A DNA stretch of 64,000 nucleotides, taken from contig PLBO01000151.1 in the NCBI GenBank assembly GCA_003134555.1, positions 97,817-161,816 on the forward strand, written 5' to 3'. Below are positions 1 through 9,855 of this stretch, piece by piece. The translations under genes were made by a program, and so were the position numbers. How positions within the stretch are numbered: position 1 is the stretch's first letter; the number at the start of each line of letters is the position of its first letter. This stretch comes from Actinomycetota bacterium. Its GTDB lineage: Bacteria > Actinomycetota > Acidimicrobiia > IMCC26256 > PALSA-610. A model generated the notes under the pieces. The model saw only the letters and a program-made list of their open reading frames with translations, was not told where the DNA came from and did no database searches.

Positions 1-1168
1 TGCCCACGCGTCGGACGAAGTCCGAGTATCGATCGATCACGTCGCTCCAGGTGTAGTGCCGGTCGACATAGGCCTTCCCGGCACGACCGAGCGCGGCGCG
101 CAGTGTGGCGGAGCCGGCCAGCCGATCGATCTCGACCTCGAGCTCGGCGTAGTTGCCGAACGCGAGACCTCCGCCGGAGCGCAGGGCGTGGTCGCGGGTC
201 ACTTCGCAGCGGCTGTTGACGAGCGCCGGAGTCCCGACCGACCACGCCTCCATCAGGACGATCGAGAAGGATTCGAACGCGCTCGCCGACACGAGCGCGT
301 ACGCGCCGCGCAACAAGCCCCACTTCACGGCTTCGTCGACCGCTCCCGCCGTCACGATGTCGGGATGCACCGGGGGCTCGTTGATCACCGGCCCCGCGAA
401 GACGAGCTGCAGCGGTCCGGGCCGGCGGCTCTTGTAGCGCGCGAAACACTCCGCGAGCAGCCGTGCGCCTTTCCCGTCGTCGACCCGGCCGAGACAGATC
501 AGGTAGGGACGATCGTCGAGTCCGATCGCATTCCGGGCCGCGGTGGTGCGTCCTTCGCCGACGTCGACGCCGAGCCCGACGACGACCGCGGGTTTCGACG
601 CGACCGCGAAGCGCCCCTCGACGAGGCGTCGTTCCGGATCGCTCCAGTACGCGAGGCCGGCCGCGGCGCCGAACACCGACCGGTAGAGCGGCAGCTTCAG
701 TATGGGCTCGTCGTGCGCGGCGGGGTGAAGGACGGCGCGATCCGCGACGCGCGGCAGCCCCGCGACCGTCGGGTGGTACAGAAAGGGGTGGAACGCGATC
801 GCGTCGGCGTCGCACTGCGCGATCGCGTCGATCAATCCGGGCGCGACCGGGCCTTGCTTGTTGATCCACTCACGCTGCTGCGCCTCGGTCACCCGGCGCC
901 CGCGGCGAACGACGAGATCGGTGCTCGCGTCGAAATCGGCCGCCCGCCGGCCCTTGACCGGGAAACGATGTACCTGCACGCCGTCGAGCTCCGTCGTCCC
1001 ACTCGGATACTGATCGTCCCAGGTGGTCGCGTCGAGCGCGCAGGTGGTGAGCGCGGAGACTGCGAAACCGGGGCGCGTCGCGAGCCGCGTCGCGAGGAGA
1101 CGGGCCGCCGTCTCGGCACCGCCGGCGACCTCGCGGCCGTAGCGGGGCGTGACGACGGCGAGCTTCAT
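1..1168 (-). CDS. Glycosyltransferase family 4 (3' end runs off window)
   Basis: ATG at 1168 gives MKLAVVTPRYGREVAGGAE. The frame reads ...HYTWSDVIDRYSDF at the window edge. Paralog of 10952-12154. Not in the ORF track because the stop lies outside the window. Confidence 0.88.
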   Translation of the reverse strand, partial: MKLAVVTPRYGREVAGGAETAARLLATRLATRPGFAVSALTTCALDATTWDDQYPSGTTELDGVQVHRFPVKGRRAADFDASTDLVVRRGRRVTEAQQREWINKQGPVAPGLIDAIAQCDADAIAFHPFLYHPTVAGLPRVADRAVLHPAAHDEPILKLPLYRSVFGAAAGLAYWSDPERRLVEGRFAVASKPAVVVGLGVDVGEGRTTAARNAIGLDDRPYLICLGRVDDGKGARLLAECFARYKSRRPGPLQLVFAGPVINEPPVHPDIVTAGAVDEAVKWGLLRGAYALVSASAFESFSIVLMEAWSVGTPALVNSRCEVTRDHALRSGGGLAFGNYAELEVEIDRLAGSATLRAALGRAGKAYVDRHYTWSDVIDRYSDFVRRVG

Positions 1169-1185
1169 CGCCTGATCTTCGATGT

Positions 1186-2250
1186 TCATGCCGGGCGTGC
1201 CGCCGACGTCACGGCTTCGACGAACGCGGGCCCGGTGTGCGACACGTCGAAATCGTGCACGCGTCGCGCACCGGCATCGACCAGCTGGCGGCGCAGCGCG
1301 GCGTCGCCGACAACGCGATCCACGGCGGCCGCGATGGTGCACGGGTCCTTGACGTCGAAGAGCAAGCCCGCCTCGCCCAGCGTCTCGGGCACCGCGGCCG
1401 CCGAGAACGCGACGATCGGCACGCGGTGGTGCATCGCTTCGAGCAGTGGTACGCAGAAGCCCTCGTGTTCACTGCATACGACGAACACGTCGGCGGCTCG
1501 GTAGTACGCGGCCAGCTCCGATGGCGAGACCCCGCCGGCGAGGGTCACCGCGTCGTCGAGGCCGAGGGCATGGATGAACCGCTGGAGGGTGTGCGCGTAC
1601 CCGTCTTCGCGGCCGCCGCCGACGAGGTGCAGACGCGCGTCGGCGTTGTGGAAGCGACGGTACGCGGCGAACGCCTTGACGATGTCGTGTTGGGCTTTGT
1701 TCGGCGCGAGGCGGCCGACGAACAGCCAGTTGACGACGTCGGTGCGCGCCGGCGCCGGCGCCGGCGCGGGTCCGGGCTCGACGTCGAGCGAGGCGAGATC
1801 GACGAGCACGGGAACGACGGTGGTGCGGGGGAACCCGGCCTCGATCAGGTCGTGTTCGTTGTAGCTCGAGACCGCCACCCCGAGCCGCGCCTGCGCGGCC
1901 AGCTCGCGGAGTTGCCCGCGACCCCACGTCACTCCGTACGCGGCCACGGGTTGCCAGCCGGCGATGTAGCGCATTGGCGTGAGGTTGTGATGGTTGACCA
2001 CTATCGGCTCTTCCCGTGCGAGGACGGCGTCGGCGACGACGGATCCGATCGCCATCTGGTACACGATGACGTCGGCACGACCGCGCGCGTCTCGCAGCAG
2101 GTGAACGCCGCGGTCGGCCCACGCGGGATCGATCTCGGACGCGTAGATCTCGGACGTGTGCCCCGCGGCGCGCAGCACGTCGCGCGCGACCAGCGTGTGT
2201 GCGCCGACCGCCCCGGGCTCGAGGGTCGGGGCGAACTGATGGACGATCAT
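1186..2250 (-). CDS. Glycosyltransferase family 4
   Basis: LFVGRLAPNK and SEHEGFCVPLLEAM (EX7E) GT-B motifs. Confidence 0.92.
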   Translation of the reverse strand: MIVHQFAPTLEPGAVGAHTLVARDVLRAAGHTSEIYASEIDPAWADRGVHLLRDARGRADVIVYQMAIGSVVADAVLAREEPIVVNHHNLTPMRYIAGWQPVAAYGVTWGRGQLRELAAQARLGVAVSSYNEHDLIEAGFPRTTVVPVLVDLASLDVEPGPAPAPAPARTDVVNWLFVGRLAPNKAQHDIVKAFAAYRRFHNADARLHLVGGGREDGYAHTLQRFIHALGLDDAVTLAGGVSPSELAAYYRAADVFVVCSEHEGFCVPLLEAMHHRVPIVAFSAAAVPETLGEAGLLFDVKDPCTIAAAVDRVVGDAALRRQLVDAGARRVHDFDVSHTGPAFVEAVTSAARPA

Positions 2251-3341
2251 GACGCGGGCCCGACCACGCCGTCGATCGCGTCGAGGAGCTTGCGTCGCGA
2301 CTTGGCGATGTCGAACTCGCGCAGCCGTTCGACCCCGGCGCCCACGAGTTGCAACCGCAGGTCGGGATCGGTGACGACGCGATGCACGGCCGTCGCGATC
2401 GTGTATGCGTCCTTCGCGTCGAGGAGGAGACCGGCGTCGCCCAGCGTCTCGGGTACGGCGGCGGCCGAGTAGGCGACGATCGGGACGCGATGGTGCATGG
2501 CCTCGAGGAGGGGGACGCAGAAGCCCTCGTGGTCGCTCGCGATGACGTATACGTCGGCTGTCTCGTAGTGCGCGGTCAGCGCGCCTGCGCTGACGGGTCC
2601 GGTGATCTCGACCGCGTCACCCAGACCGAGGGCGTCGACGAAGTCGCAGAGCGCGGTCTCGTATCGATGCGACGACGAGCCGCCGACCAGATGTAGGCGC
2701 GCCCGTTCGTCGTACAGGCGGCGGTACGCCGCGAATGCTTTCACGATGTCGTGTTGCGCCTTGTTCGGTGCGAGCCGGCCGACGAAGAGCCAGTCGGCTC
2801 CGCCGCGGGCCCGCGCGTCCGCCAGTCGGCCGAGCGTCGCGGGGTCGGGTGGCGCCGCGAACGCTTTCACGACGTCGATCAGGATAGGGACGACCGAGGT
2901 TCGTTCGAATCCGATGTCGGTCAATTCCTGCGCGTTGAACGCGGAATCGGCGATCCCCAGCTGGGCGCGGGTTTCGAGCGCGGCGAGCTGCCGTCGTCCC
3001 TTCATGAGCGCGCCGGCGACCGCGGGCTCCCACCGAGAGAAGAACGGCGCGGGCGTGATGTTGTGATAGTCGACGATGAGCGGTTCGTCGCGAGCGGCGA
3101 CGAAGTCGGCCACGGGCGAGCCGACCGAGGAGTGGTAGAGCAGCCACGTCGGCTCACCGCGCCCGTCGCCCGTGAACGACGTGAACGAGCGGGCGAGACG
3201 CTTGTACTCGTCCTTGGCTTCGTACGAGTAGATGTCGGAGCGGTAGCCGGCTCCGCGCAGCGTCTCCTGCACCGCGAGGTAGTGCCCGCCGACGGCGTCT
3301 CGCGGTGCGAGCGTGGGGACGAATTGGTGAACCGCGGTCAT
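2247..3341 (-). CDS. Glycosyltransferase family 4
   Basis: Start MTAVHQFVP overlaps the upstream stop (ATGA). FVGRLAPNK and SDHEGFCVPLLEAM motifs. Close paralog of 1186-2250. Confidence 0.92.
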   Translation of the reverse strand: MTAVHQFVPTLAPRDAVGGHYLAVQETLRGAGYRSDIYSYEAKDEYKRLARSFTSFTGDGRGEPTWLLYHSSVGSPVADFVAARDEPLIVDYHNITPAPFFSRWEPAVAGALMKGRRQLAALETRAQLGIADSAFNAQELTDIGFERTSVVPILIDVVKAFAAPPDPATLGRLADARARGGADWLFVGRLAPNKAQHDIVKAFAAYRRLYDERARLHLVGGSSSHRYETALCDFVDALGLGDAVEITGPVSAGALTAHYETADVYVIASDHEGFCVPLLEAMHHRVPIVAYSAAAVPETLGDAGLLLDAKDAYTIATAVHRVVTDPDLRLQLVGAGVERLREFDIAKSRRKLLDAIDGVVGPAS

Positions 3342-4291
3342 TCGTCGGCGCGGGTCGCGGTGACGACGTAGGCGTCGGCGCCCGCGGCATGGACCTGTAT
3401 GTCGACGAAACCCTGCTCGGGGAGCACCGCGTTCCAGGTGTCGGGATGCAGTGGACGGCCGGCGACGAGATCGGCTTCGGCCGCGGTGGCGTCGCGTCCC
3501 CATGACTCACGCCGGAGGCTGCAGACGACCAACCGTCCTCCGGGCACGAGCTTGGCTGCGGCCGCGTCGACGAGCAGCAACAGCTCGCCCAGCGGTGCGC
3601 GCTCCACGAGCCCGCGCAGCACCAGACCGCCCAATGCGGCCGCGCCGACGGCGTGGAGGTGCGCAGCGCCGTCATCGATGCGGACCTCGAGCCCGCGCGC
3701 GAGCGCGGCATCGGCAACCGACGCACGCGGCTCGACGCCGTACGCATCGAGGCCGGTGCTCACCAGCGCGTCGAGCAATACACCGTCGCCGCATTCGACG
3801 ACGGCGATTCGACCGGCGCAACCTTGCAACGCGTTCGTCACCGATGTCTGCCACGCGCCGTCGTCGCGACGCGCGGGGATCCGGGCTCCGACACCGCGTG
3901 CCCGAGCGATGTCGCCGGTGACGTGCTCCAGGTCGACGACGCGCCCGCCGAGGAGTCGGAGCGCGGTGTTGATCGCAGTCGCCAGCGCGCTGATCTGTTG
4001 CGCGAGCCAGACGTGATACCACCCGAGCAGCTTCGACATGACCCGCTTGACGGCGCCCAGGACCGGGCTGCGGGACGCGACGGGGATCACCGGGTCGACG
4101 ATGACGAGATCCTCGGAGCGCTCGAGCGCGGCTTCGAAGTCGTTACTCACCTCGGGCGGCGCGAACCGATCGAACATCCGGTCTAGCTCGCGCTCGAAGC
4201 CCGGCGGGTACTCGCCCGCGGCCCGTCGCGCCCGCACCTCCGCTTCGATCTCGGCGGCGAGCTTGTGGATGTCGACGTGGTCGTCCGTCAA
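3338..4291 (-). CDS. Helical N-terminus plus degenerate class I SAM methyltransferase-like domain
   Basis: TTG start at 4291 with GGAGG upstream. Paralogous to 8641-9855 (GEYPPG, KLVPGGRLVV, RPLHP). Motif I is degenerate (VVECGDG). Confidence 0.75.
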   Translation of the reverse strand: MTDDHVDIHKLAAEIEAEVRARRAAGEYPPGFERELDRMFDRFAPPEVSNDFEAALERSEDLVIVDPVIPVASRSPVLGAVKRVMSKLLGWYHVWLAQQISALATAINTALRLLGGRVVDLEHVTGDIARARGVGARIPARRDDGAWQTSVTNALQGCAGRIAVVECGDGVLLDALVSTGLDAYGVEPRASVADAALARGLEVRIDDGAAHLHAVGAAALGGLVLRGLVERAPLGELLLLVDAAAAKLVPGGRLVVCSLRRESWGRDATAAEADLVAGRPLHPDTWNAVLPEQGFVDIQVHAAGADAYVVTATRADE

Positions 4292-4347
4292 GACCGAATC
4301 CTCCGAATGCGGGACAGTATCGCCGTCTCCGAGTTTCGCCGGTGTTG

Positions 4348-6186
4348 CTACTGCGCCAGCTCGACCAGGATGCCACCGGGTAGGCGGTCGACGCGTGCGG
4401 CGACTCCGCGCGGGATCTGCCGCACGAGAAGCTCGGCCGTCGCCGGCGCGTAGCGGCCCGCGCCGTCGCGGGCGATCTGAGGGAGCAATCCGGCGGGGGT
4501 CAGCACGCCGACCAGCGCTGTCCGCATCACGACGTAGCGCACGCGCAGCCGGCGCAGCGCGGTGAGGGCGTCCGGATTCGGGAACTGATCGAGCGCAGCC
4601 GCGAGCGCGTCGAAGCCCTTCGGCTGGAAGCCGGAGTATCCGTTGATCCGGGGGTCGTGGTCGCGCAGGGCCAGCAACTGGCGGGGTGACTCCACGTACG
4701 GCCACATGACTCCACGCGCCGCCGACGCGAGGGGGAGCTCGACCGCGATACCCGGCGGCCGGGCCCGTAACGCGAGGTCGATGCCGCCATCGGCCGCAGA
4801 TGTCGGCACGCGTACGAACACGACGGGGAGCGCCGACTCCGCGATCACGATCGCTATCAAACTGAGGACGAGCCCCATCCGGACGCGCCGGCTCAGCCGT
4901 CGGAGCGCGAACTCGATGCCGACCGCCGCCAACAATGCCAGCGCGAGCTCGAAACCGAGCGCGAGTCGAGCCACCGCTCGGATCCCGGCAAAGCCCGGCA
5001 CGAAATGACGGAACACGACGAACGGCAGGAATATGCGGTGACCGCCGATACGAGTCCAGTCGCCGAACGCCAGCACGAGGCACGCGAGACCGGCCAGTGT
5101 CACGAACAACAACTCCCGGGCCCGACCTGTCCGCCAGGCGCGTCGCCGGATCTCGCGCACCGCGGCGATGGCTCCTACGACACCAAAGGCGAGTCCGACG
5201 AATCCCGGGAAGAGTCGATTCTCGATGAGCCTGCTGCTCGGAAGCGACCGCGACGCGATGAACGGGACATGCGAGAGCACACGACTGCTGCTCCCGGTCG
5301 CAAGGAAGTCCTGGACGTGCGCAGCGCTGTCGCGAGCGAAGCTTCGTCGGAATTCCGGATGACGCTCGAGGCGCAGGTACCGCACGCCGAACGGGGCGAT
5401 GAGCGCCAAAGCGACGATCGCGGCCACAGCGAGCGCGCCGACGACGGGGCGCACGGCCTGTGGTCGCTGCGCGAGCACCCACCCCGTGGCGACGATCGCG
5501 ACGATCACGCCCATCATCGCGCCGTAATAGCTCGCAGTCAGTGTGAGTGCGGCCAGGCTGAGGCTGAGCACTACTGCCCGACTCGCGCTGGGCGAGTCGA
5601 GGCAACGCAGCAGCAGCAGTAGCACGAGCGGGACGAGCGCTCCCCCGACGACCAGCTGGAAATGACCGTGGTGCACGAGCCGCATCGCCGAGTACGTGTA
5701 GACGAGCGCGGCGACGAACGCTGCGCCCCAATGCGTGACGACGCGGCGGGCGAGGCGGTACATGCACCACGACGACCCGACCCACGACCCGAGATAGATC
5801 AGGTTGAACGCGAGGACGTCGCCGAAGAGGGTACGCAGCGGCCAGTGCACGAGCGCCACCGGGAAGAGGGTGTCGCTGTACGCGAGCGTGTCGTGCGCCG
5901 GGACGAAGATCGGCGCGTTCCACAGAACGTGCCATCCGTGGGGCAGGCCGATCTCGACGCGCCGAAGGACCCACATTTCGAGGAGTGAGTCGCCGGAGTC
6001 GCCGGCGATGAATGTGCGCATCCGCGAGATCTGCGGGTAGGTGAGGACGATGGCGATGAGGGTGAACGCCGCCAGCAGCAAGATCGTGGCGGGCTCGCGG
6101 GCAGGAGAGATGACGGTCGAAGCGTCCGAGGGATCCTCGGGCGAGGACGACTCGCCGCCGGACTCGGCCGCCGTCTCGCTGTGCAC
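4348..6186 (-). CDS. Multi-pass membrane protein, putative GT-C (YfhO-like) glycosyltransferase
   Basis: 612 aa with many hydrophobic segments, an acidic GDSGDS loop after TM1, WNAPIF..TLAYSD and a C-terminal INGYSGF. TAGCGT -10 lies 6 nt upstream of the GTG. Confidence 0.7.
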   Translation of the reverse strand: MHSETAAESGGESSSPEDPSDASTVISPAREPATILLLAAFTLIAIVLTYPQISRMRTFIAGDSGDSLLEMWVLRRVEIGLPHGWHVLWNAPIFVPAHDTLAYSDTLFPVALVHWPLRTLFGDVLAFNLIYLGSWVGSSWCMYRLARRVVTHWGAAFVAALVYTYSAMRLVHHGHFQLVVGGALVPLVLLLLLRCLDSPSASRAVVLSLSLAALTLTASYYGAMMGVIVAIVATGWVLAQRPQAVRPVVGALAVAAIVALALIAPFGVRYLRLERHPEFRRSFARDSAAHVQDFLATGSSSRVLSHVPFIASRSLPSSRLIENRLFPGFVGLAFGVVGAIAAVREIRRRAWRTGRARELLFVTLAGLACLVLAFGDWTRIGGHRIFLPFVVFRHFVPGFAGIRAVARLALGFELALALLAAVGIEFALRRLSRRVRMGLVLSLIAIVIAESALPVVFVRVPTSAADGGIDLALRARPPGIAVELPLASAARGVMWPYVESPRQLLALRDHDPRINGYSGFQPKGFDALAAALDQFPNPDALTALRRLRVRYVVMRTALVGVLTPAGLLPQIARDGAGRYAPATAELLVRQIPRGVAARVDRLPGGILVELAQ

Positions 6187-6320
6187 GGGACGACGCTATT
6201 CGCCCGACCGCGGCGGGCCCGGTTTCTTGGGCGACTTCTGGAATGGTTCGTCGGGACGTCAAGTGCTTGCGTGATGGCGCCGATACTCGCTCTGGGCATG
6301 AACAGAGAGGCTCCCGTTCG

Positions 6321-8597
6321 GTGCGTGTTCGACTCTTGCCGTTGGCGACGTCGGTCGCGCTCGCAGTAGGCGCTCTCGTCGTCGCGCCGTCCCCGCCCGC
6401 GAGCGGGTCGACCGTCTCGGCGAAGCCCTCCTGGACCGATGGCTCGAGCGGCTGGGACCGCACCTCGTCGCCCACCATCGCCGACGTCAATGGTGACGGC
6501 CGACGCGAGATCGTCATCGGGCACCAGAACGGTCTCCTTCACGTCATCAACGCCGCCAACGGTCGAGACCTCGCAGGATGGCCGCAGCAGACGGGCTCCG
6601 CGATCGACAGTACGCCGGCCGTTGGTGATCTCTTCAGCAACGGTAGGCAGGAGATCGTCGTCGGCCTCGGCTCCACCTGGGTGCGCAATCAGCAGGGTGG
6701 CGTCGCGGTGTTCAACTCGAACGGCTCCTTGCACTGCGTGTTCCGGACGCTCGACTACGGGAACATCTGGGCCAACACGCCTGGCCCGGATGGCTACGCC
6801 GACGCAGTGTTCTCGTCACCGGCCATCGGCGACATCAACGGCGACGGCTTTCCCGACATCGTGTTCGGCGGCTTCGACCTGCACGTGCACGCGATCGACC
6901 GCAACTGCCACGAGATCATGAGCGACAATACCGAAGACAGCGTCTGGTCGTCGCCGGCGCTGTACGACGTCAACGGTGACGGTCGACTCGACATCCTCAT
7001 CGGCGGCGATCAGTCCGCGGGTGGCGCGATCAACTGGTCGGGTGGCGAGTTCCGTGCGATCGAGTACACGCCCGGCGACTCGGTCGGATGTTCGCATTGC
7101 CACGAGATCTGGAAGCACCAGGTCAACGACACCGTCTGGTCGAGCCCTGCCATCGGCGACATCGACGGCGACGGGCGTCCCGAGGTGATCGTCGGCGGCG
7201 GAAACTTCTATAACCGCTCCGACGGGCACAAGGTCTTCGCCTGGCACGTCGACGACGGCTCGAGCCTGCCCGGTTGGCCGGTTGCGACGGGCGGCTCGAC
7301 CATGCCATCGCCCGCGCTCGGCGATCTCACCGGTGACGGGATCCCCGAGGTCGTCGTTTCCAGCGCCGACGGTTGGGTGCGCGCCTACAACCCCAACGGA
7401 TCACTCCACTGGGCGACGCACCTTTGGGCGTTCAGTCCGCAACAGGGGGGTGGCCCCGTAGCGTCGCCGATCATCGCCGACATGAACGGTGACGGTCGCA
7501 ACGACGTCGGTGCGGGCAACAACTTCGCCTACTTCGTCCTGAACGGTGTGAACGGTGTGATCATGTCGGTCGTCGACGCCTACCAGTCGCACGAGAGTGC
7601 AGCCGCGGTGGGCGACTTCGGTGCCGGAGTCGGTTGGCGCCTGGTCGTCGCCGGGTTCGACACACCGAACCTTCGGAGTCGGCTGCAGTCGTTCCCGATG
7701 CCGGCGCCACGCACCGCGCCGCCGTGGCCCATGTTCCGGCGCGAGGCTTTCCACCACGCGGGGCCCGTTGCGCTGCGCCTGCTGCCGCCGGGACAGTGCC
7801 GGGCCAGCCTGTATCCCGCGGGGCATCCGCTCGCCGCTTCCTCGAAGGGCTACTGGGTCGCGGGCGCGGACGGGGGCGTCTACGCGCTGAAGGGCGCGCC
7901 GTTCTACGGGAGCGCGGCGGGCCGCATTCGCGGCACCGCGGTCGCGATGGCCGCGACACATTCCGGCCTCGGCTACTACCTCCTCGACAACAGCGGCAGC
8001 ATCCTTCCGTTCGGTGATGCTCGGTCCCTCGGCTCGATGGCGGGTTTGCGTCTCAACGCGCCGATCATCGCGCTCGCGCCGACCCCGTCCGGGCGGGGCT
8101 ATTGGCTGCTCGGTTCGGACGGCGGCGTGTTCAGCTTCGGCGACGCGCGCTTCTACGGCTCCATGGGCGGGACGCACCTCAACGCGCCGGTGATCTCGAT
8201 GGCCGCGACGCGCACAGGCCGCGGCTACTGGTTGCTCGCGTCGGACGGCGGCGTGTTCAGCTTCGGTGACGCGCGGTTCCACGGCTCGACCGGCAGCATG
8301 CGACTGAACTCTCCTGTCATCTCGATGGCGACGGCACCATCCGGCCGCGGTTACTGGCTGGTCGCGGGCGACGGTGGCATCTTCAGCTTCGGCGTTCCGT
8401 TCTACGGCAGTCTTCCGGGGCTCGGACTCTGCCAGTTGGCGGCGGGAGTGCAGATCCGGCCGACGCTCACGGGGAACGGCTACTTCGTGCTCGCACGCAA
8501 CGGCCGGGTCTTCGCGTTCGGTGACGCGTTGGCGGGTCCTTCGGCTCCGAACCTGGGTGGTTGGAGTTTCGCGGTCGACCTCGCCGTGCGGCCCTGA
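6321..8597 (+). CDS. Secreted FG-GAP/VCBS repeat protein with C-terminal six-repeat module
   Basis: Signal peptide ([19 protein letters not shown]), repeated SSPAIGDI(N/D)GDG units, PWPMFR, then six GYW repeats. Confidence 0.85.
   Translation: [758 protein letters not shown]
7848..8594 (+). repeat. Six ~43-aa coding repeats ([22 protein letters not shown]..LNAP)
   Basis: Visible in the translation and as 129-bp periodic DNA similarity (e.g. 8097 vs 8223 region). Confidence 0.85.
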
Positions 8598-8640
8598 GCT
8601 GGTCCGCTCCGGAGGGACGTCCCAAGGTACATTCGGCGGT

Positions 8641-9855
8641 GTGGCCGACGCGCAGCCCCCGTCCTCGCCCGAGCAGAGTCCGCCCGATCTCCGGCGCCTC
8701 CTCGCGGCTCTACGCGCTCGAGTAGAAAAGCGGCGCGTCGACGGCGAGTACCCGCCCGGCCTCGAAGCCGAGCTCGACGGGCACTTCGAGCGTTTGACGG
8801 GCGATCGCCCGCCCACCCCTTCGTTCCTGCTCGCCGAGCTCGAACACGCGCTCGACGACCTCGATCACTTCGAGTATCGCCGTGACGCCATCAGCTACGA
8901 CAGCCGCATACCCGGAGGCTCGGCAATGCACCGGGCAATCGCGAAAGGCGTCGGCCGTCAGATCCAGAGCGTGCTGGAGCAGACGCAGGACCAGTCGCAC
9001 CGGGTCGTCCGCACGATCGCGCTGATGGCGCGCGCGACGAACATGCTTGCCGACGCCTACGACACCCGCGTCATCCAACAGCTCGACGACCTACAGCTCC
9101 ATCTCGCGCAGGAGCAGGATCGATTGCAGCAGGTTCTCGCTCGTCTCACCGAGGTCGCGGCGCGCGTCCCGGGCGTGGCCGTCGACAGGTGGTACGAGGA
9201 AGATGCGTTCAACGCGCACTTCCGGGGGGATCCCGGCGACATCGCCGACCGCTACCGCGACCTCGCCGCGCGCTTCGTGGGCTGCGATCCGGTCCTCGAC
9301 ATCGGCTTCGGACGCGGGGAGTTCCTCGAGTTGTTGCGCGAGCTCGACGTGGACGCCCGCGGTATAGAAACCGAGCCGCGCCTCGTCGAGTGGGCACGGT
9401 CCAGGGGCTTGCGGGCCGATGTCGGTCGAGCAGTCGAGTACCTGAGCCAGCTCGACGGTGCGAGCCTCGGCGGCCTGGTGATGATCCAGGTCATCGAGCA
9501 CCTCTCGCCGCAGCACGTCATCGACGTCGTGCGGCTGTCCGCGGAGAAGGTACGGCCGGGCGGCCGTGTCGTCATCGAGACCGTGAACCCCATGTCGCTG
9601 TACACGTTCGCCCACGCGTTCTGGGTCGATCCCGATCACGTTCGGCCGGTACACCCGAACTACCTCGGCTTCTTGTTCGCGGAGGCCGGATTCGCGAACG
9701 TCGAGCGAGTCGACCGCTCACCTGTCCCCGCCGACGAGAGTCTCGAGTTGATGCCCGGCGACGACGAGCTCTCCAAGCGTCTCAACGCGAACTTCGATCG
9801 CATCAACGCGTTGTTGTTCGGCCCGCAGGACTACGCCATCGTCGCAACGCGGTGA
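8641..9855 (+). CDS. Class I SAM-dependent methyltransferase with N-terminal coiled coil (glycan chain-terminating type)
   Basis: LDIGFGRGEFL motif I, QVIEHL, RPGG, FWVDPDHVRP. TACATT -10 lies 7 nt before GTG 8641. Confidence 0.85.
   Translation: MADAQPPSSPEQSPPDLRRLLAALRARVEKRRVDGEYPPGLEAELDGHFERLTGDRPPTPSFLLAELEHALDDLDHFEYRRDAISYDSRIPGGSAMHRAIAKGVGRQIQSVLEQTQDQSHRVVRTIALMARATNMLADAYDTRVIQQLDDLQLHLAQEQDRLQQVLARLTEVAARVPGVAVDRWYEEDAFNAHFRGDPGDIADRYRDLAARFVGCDPVLDIGFGRGEFLELLRELDVDARGIETEPRLVEWARSRGLRADVGRAVEYLSQLDGASLGGLVMIQVIEHLSPQHVIDVVRLSAEKVRPGGRVVIETVNPMSLYTFAHAFWVDPDHVRPVHPNYLGFLFAEAGFANVERVDRSPVPADESLELMPGDDELSKRLNANFDRINALLFGPQDYAIVATR

Noticed and set aside
3338-6517. 1059-aa ORF from the track
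   Set aside because: The upstream two-thirds is an Arg-rich shadow frame over 4348-6186. Only 3338-4291 looks protein-like.
8090-8410. Periodic DNA repeats as a CRISPR array
   Set aside because: They are degenerate in-frame protein repeats with a 129-bp period, with no unique spacers or cas genes.
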